Origin: Blepharisma stoltei ATCC 30299
Lineage: Eukaryota > Protista > Ciliophora
Assembly: GCA_965603825.1 (NCBI GenBank)
Contig: CBFDEM010000029.1
Span: 62,001-126,000, forward strand
Direction of reading: 5' to 3'
Length of the DNA stretch: 64,000 bases
Part shown: piece by piece, positions 59,005 through 64,000 of the stretch
How positions within the stretch are numbered: position 1 is the stretch's first letter
Layout: every line of letters begins with the position of its first letter
The notes under the pieces: generated by a model
The model's database searches: none
What the model saw: only the letters and a program-made list of their open reading frames with translations
Told to the model about the DNA's origin: nothing
Translations under genes and position numbers: made by a program

Positions 59005-59440
59005 ATGAAAACAAGAGGTGCTCTGCTGACTAAAAAATATTCTGATTCTGATTTTGACGAAAGTGACCTTGAATACTCTTCACCCAAAGAGAAAAAATTT
59101 TTTTGTGCAATATGTGGATTGTCATACAAATCTAGCTCAACCCTTGCAATGCATATGAGTTGTCACAAGGGTGAGGAAACATATAAATGTCAAAAATCTG
59201 GATGCAATGCAAAATTTAAATCAAAAGCCCAGCTTGCAGCACACCAGCGAAACCATTTAGCACTAGCAAGTTTATTTTCTCCCAATCATATAGAAATTTT
59301 CAAGGTAATTAATAAATCAGCTTACCGATATGATAAATATGCATCAATCTTTTTTCGAAAGCAAAGTAGATGTAATTATTCCAGCTCCCTCAAACCATCC
59401 CCAAATTTCCTTGCCTCCTCTTATTAAACCTGAAAAATAA
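59005..59440 (+). CDS. C2H2 zinc-finger protein, ~139 aa, probable 16-nt intron
   Basis: FFCAICGLSYKSSSTLAMHMSCH, YKCQKSGCNAKFKSKAQLAAHQRNH. The spliced form ends ISLPPLIKPEK-TAA 59440; the unspliced form stops at 59427. Confidence 0.75.
59305..59320 (+). other. 16-nt intron candidate GTAATTAATAAATCAG
   Basis: AAG|GT...CAG, A at -6, AT-rich. Confidence 0.6.
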
Positions 59441-59497
59441 ATAGAAAAATTGAAGATAGAACAGTTTTATCCAATACTATTAAATAATTTAAAACTT

Positions 59498-60568
59498 TTA
59501 CTCGTTTGAAATCACGAATGTTGATAATTCAGGATAGGCTGTTTTGAAATAATACAACAATTCCTCAATAGCTTCTTTTTGGTGAATTCTTAATCTTTCA
59601 TCAAAACTGGAAAAATCACTTTTAGTTCTGCAGTAGGCTTCTTCAGCCTCTCTTGCTTTTTTGAGATTATTCATTGCTTTTTGGTTAAGGTCTGAAAGCT
59701 GTGCATTAGATTCCATGTCTCTTTTAACCTTTGCAATGTGAAGCTGCTTTCTTTCAATTTCGTCAAGAAATTGAGCAGCTTGCTTTTGCAGATCCATTTC
59801 TATGAGAACGAAATCGTTTGCGGTTTGTATTTCTCTTCTTTCAACATCTTGAAATGCCTGCTCGATATCTTTTTCAATCTTATTTAGCAATATTTCTAAA
59901 TCTTCTTCTAGTTTTTGACCCTTTTTGCCTGAAATTTTCATTGCTTCTTCTAGAGTCATTTTTTTATCATCAGCATATCTTTGGGCTGTGTTGAATTCAT
60001 AAGGGTGTGAATGCAAATCATAGTTTGCTTCAATTTCTAATAGGGAGTCTGTGTTTCCAGTATTTTTAGAAACCTCTTTAATTGTTTCTAAGAATTCTAC
60101 CCCTTTGGACTTGAAGAATTCTTTCAAATTTGCTTTAAGAAAATCTACTTTTTCCAAAGATTCTTTCAAATCGATTAAGTCATTGACAAATCTCTCATTT
60201 TCAAAGCAGCGCTTTGATTGAAGGTCGACAATCTGTTCGGAGTCATGCATTAGTTGACGATTGTTGTTTGATATGTATTCTTTTGATTGCTCTAAATCAA
60301 TTTCCAATTTTTTTTGCTGCTGTTTAGCTTGGTTCATGCTATTAAATGATTCAGTTTCAGATGCTGAAATTGCCCCTATGAGCTTTCCGCATCTTTGCTC
60401 GATGTCTTGGCTAATGATATCAGAGTCATTATTCTCTCGTTGATTGATATCTTTAAGCTCGAAAGCTAATTCAGCTACTGATTTTAAAGTTCCTATGGGC
60501 TCACTTTGAGCGTTTATTGTTGCGAGAATAGCTGAAAGTAATAGGATGGTATGATGGATTTTGACCAT
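59498..60568 (-). CDS. Secreted acidic coiled-coil protein, trichocyst-matrix/granule-lattice (TMP/Grl)-like
   Basis: Signal peptide, ~356 aa, two coiled-coil halves with spaced Cys and a central FLE linker, as in ciliate extrusome proproteins. Confidence 0.55.
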   Translation of the reverse strand: MVKIHHTILLLSAILATINAQSEPIGTLKSVAELAFELKDINQRENNDSDIISQDIEQRCGKLIGAISASETESFNSMNQAKQQQKKLEIDLEQSKEYISNNNRQLMHDSEQIVDLQSKRCFENERFVNDLIDLKESLEKVDFLKANLKEFFKSKGVEFLETIKEVSKNTGNTDSLLEIEANYDLHSHPYEFNTAQRYADDKKMTLEEAMKISGKKGQKLEEDLEILLNKIEKDIEQAFQDVERREIQTANDFVLIEMDLQKQAAQFLDEIERKQLHIAKVKRDMESNAQLSDLNQKAMNNLKKAREAEEAYCRTKSDFSSFDERLRIHQKEAIEELLYYFKTAYPELSTFVISNE

Positions 60569-60954
60569 TTTAAATTATAACGTAATTGGTATCTTTAACC
60601 GTTAATCTTATATATATCTCAGACTGTTAATTTTTAATTATTATTTTAAAAGGAGAGCTGATAATATTTGCTAGTTGCATGAGAGAAGATTAATTATAAG
60701 AAAATTTTAATCTCTCGGGAAAGAGCAAGCAAAACATACTAAAACTCTTAGTAATCAATCTAAAGATTTATAATTTCTTAGAGAGGAACTAATATAAAGA
60801 AAAATATCAGTACATAATGGCATAATCTTTAGAATTTATTGCATTATATAAAGGAAAGCTAAAAAATTTATTATGAAATCTTGAATATATATAAATTTAA
60901 TCTTATCTATAAATTTCTATGTGACTAAAAATAATGAAGAATTAAGTTAATTTA

Positions 60955-61905
60955 ATGTATAATTACAATTCGGCATCTAAAAACAAGTTGTCTCCAAGAA
61001 ATTGCAGATTAAACTCGCCCGCTAGTCCCCGTTATACATCACCTATTAAAAGTTCTTCAAAATCATTGCTAAGACCTCAAAAGTTCGTTAAATTTCAAGA
61101 ATTTTCTCCTGGACTGCGTAAAGCTGACGACTTAAAGCTATGCTTAAAGAGCTTATACCAAGAAATAAAGTATAATTGTTCTCAAAGCACCTCCAAAGCC
61201 TCATCAAATATTCTTCGGCCAAATAAGCTGCAAACTGGGTCATCAAGTGAAAGCCCTTTTAAATCAGAAATACTGCCAAAAATTTCTCAAAAACGGACTC
61301 ATAAAAGGACTAATTGAAGTCTTGAATATGATAAAAAAGTTATAGAGCCAAGCAATCACTTAAGAATTAAAGGAAAGATCACTATTGATAGCCTGCTTGC
61401 TTCAATGAAAAAACGGCATCAAGCAGCTCTTGAATTAAGGTCCAAACCATCGATCAAGCACATAAGAAGCGGGACTAATATAACTCCTCATGAAATATCA
61501 AATACATATGGGTTTAATGCGATGATAAATCCAAATCTTAATAATTCGCATAACAGCCATACAAATTTGCAATGAAATGAAGGCAAGTATGGAGTCTCGT
61601 CAAATCCTCCATCGAGAGATCAAACCCCTACAAAGGAAGCTTCTGAAACATTTATAAAACCAATAAAGAATGAATATATAAGTAAACTGAACCTCTCTAT
61701 GGACTCTCAAGCATCATTAGTGAATTTTTCCAATGCAAATGATGTGGCAAATCAAAAATCTAATATTTTTATAAAAGTAAACGCTCACTCAGTAAGTCCA
61801 AGGTCAAGATATAACAACTCGCCAGTTCTTTCAGGAATTTTAAAAACAATAAAAGAGCGCCAGCAATCATCCAACGGCTCAATAAGGCTCGATCACTATA
61901 ACTAA
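60955..61905 (+). CDS. Basic S/P/N-rich hypothetical protein, ~316 aa, 2 TGA-Trp
   Basis: Two same-frame ORFs joined with only TGA codons between them. Confidence 0.65.
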
Positions 61906-61945
61906 ATCTAAAATTTATCTAAAATACAGAAAATTTAATGTTTAT

Positions 61946-64000
61946 TTATCTCTGGTTCTTTTGAGATGACTGTCTCGCAATCTTTATCATTTCTTGAGGG
62001 TTAAGCCTTGAGCTTTTCAAAGATATCGTGCTTATTTCACCTTCATTTTCAGATCATTTTGTAAAAATATCTTTAAAGTAGTTAATTGCAATTCCCGAAT
62101 ATACCAGAAAGACTGGCTCATGAGGATTTTTCTTTGGGTTTATATATATTTCTAATTTCCCTGCTTTAAGTACATCAATTGCTAGCAATGCAAGCTCAGC
62201 AAGCATTTTAAGGAAAGGAAAGTTAGGGTCAATATTTTTTGTTTGAAATAGCCAATCCATAAAATGATTGTTATAGTAGGACTGCAAAAAAAGTATAAAT
62301 AAAAATCCGACAACAGAAATATTCCCAGAAAAATCGCTGTTTATATCTTTGATCCCAATTTCATTTCATAATCCATTATTTTTTGGCCACTCGTCTATGC
62401 CTGTAATGTTCTTATAAATCTTTTGCAGCATTTTCCGATGAAATTCGACATTTAAATCAACATTTATTTTTGACCATTTTATTAAATAGTCACAAGGGCA
62501 TGGCTGATCATCACATGATTTGTCATCTTTAGATGAGAAACAGCATTGGCAGATTTTATTTAAAATCCCTGGCTTTTTTTGAGGCTGATTTTGTATCTGA
62601 GGCAGCGGCTGTTGTTGAAAATCCTGCAATGCTTGCATAAAAACTGTAATTTTTTCGCAATTCGATAAACTTCTGCTCCTATTTAAAAGGTCTATAAGCT
62701 CGTTATGCCTGCTTGACATCAAATCGATGCCGAGTTCATTTTCTATTGAATTTCGATTTGTGTCGATTTCAAATGATCTTTGGAAATTCTTCTTGCTTCC
62801 GCCGTTTGATTGCAGAGATTTATATGATGACTGCTCAGAAAATGAATCAACCATCTCTTGGCCTATAAAAACGTTGGGTTGCAAATTCTCTCTATTGCTT
62901 GATAAATTCCCTCCAAAAATATTTGAGTTCATAATCCCATACACTGGGGTGTGAACTCCTGTGTGAGACCCACCACTATTAGAACCTGAGCCAATATTTT
63001 CAGGAGAAGGAGCTAAATCAGGGCCAAAAGTTTTAAAATCGTATATGTCTTTAGCTTGCTCTCTGCTGCTTACTTGCTCTTTTACATCAATTATGGGTTT
63101 TTTTGCTATCCCCTTCTGAGATAAAAATAATTTATCGTCTTCTCTATTACGCTGAAATCTAGCATGAAACGCTTTGCTTGAAGATAAAACGTCTTTTTTC
63201 TCTCCTTTATTAGAGGATTCATCTAGGTCTTCACCTGGAACCAAATGCTTTTTTGGGTTTTCTATATGAGAAATAGGCCCAGGATAATAGGCCTTTTCGT
63301 TTTCTTTAGGAAGTATAGGCTGCTTTTCTTGAATATTTGAAGCAATTTCATCTTTGCCTTCATCTATATAAACTTTAACGTCTTCCAGAAGAGTTTCAGG
63401 AATTTTTAATTTATCACTGCTTTCTTTCTTTTTGGATACATTTATTTCTTGTGGTAATTCTTCAGGTATTTCTATTTTCGGACTTCTTTTTTTGGCTGGC
63501 TCCGTGTCAAACCTACTAAATTGATTTTTTGAATTTTTTTCTCCGCTCAATTCTTTCGGGCTATTAGATATAATTTTAAAATCTGAATTTGGGTTAGTAG
63601 CAATTTTGCTCATTCCAAATTTGAATATATTTGCTTGATTCTCAGCTGAACTTTCATACAGTTTTATATTGTCTTTCTTTTCAAGTAAATTCTCTTTTTT
63701 TATGGAAAACTGATTTTTGGAGCTTGGGCTATCAAAAACTGCAGATCCTGATGAAGATGAAGATTTTTCTCTGCTTGAATCATATTTTTTCACTGAATCG
63801 CTTTTCAATGGATTTTTCTCTACTGATATTGATTTTTTAATTTTAAATGAATCAAACTTCAATTGCTTAAGCGAATTTTCAAGAGATGGAGGAGGTTGAA
63901 TGGTGCAATCGTTTTTAAGATTGCTTCCATTGTTTAATTGTCCAAGTTCAGCTTGAGAATCTGAGTAAGAACTGTCAGATGAATCTGAGCCCTCATCTCC
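61946..64000 (-). CDS. 5'-partial protein with a long low-complexity region and a divergent C-terminal ELMO/ELMOD domain
   Basis: HRKMLQKIYKNITG...GL-W(TGA)-NEIGIKDINSDFSG...GFLFILFL...FPF; frame open to the window edge; TAA at 61946. Confidence 0.6.

Overview
AT-rich, very gene-dense eukaryotic DNA with the features of a heterotrich ciliate macronuclear genome, most consistent with Blepharisma. In-frame TGA repeatedly sits at invariant Trp positions, while TAA and TAG are stops. Genes are interrupted by tiny 15-16 nt GT...AG introns with an A six nt from the 3' end. The standard-code ORF track therefore fragments many genes and misses others. Re-reading with TGA=Trp and the introns removed gives about 34 protein genes, including kinases (ULK-like, DYRK, CDPK, MAP3K, CK1, PKG, MYND-Aurora-like), alpha-tubulin, RPT6, PLAA/DOA1, ACOX, CEP44, a cyclin and a NOT-box protein. 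There is also a U1 snRNA gene with its upstream element and a decayed Rab pseudogene. The most notable architectures are: (1) a voltage-sensor-like 4-TM domain fused to an intact class I cyclic-nucleotide phosphodiesterase; (2) a NudE/NDE1-type coiled coil fused to a kinesin-14-like motor; (3) a protein with motifs of the PI3K-gamma adaptors p101/p87; (4) a two-TM membrane-tethered bZIP with a candidate site-1-protease motif. All family calls come from motif recognition by eye; no database searches were run.
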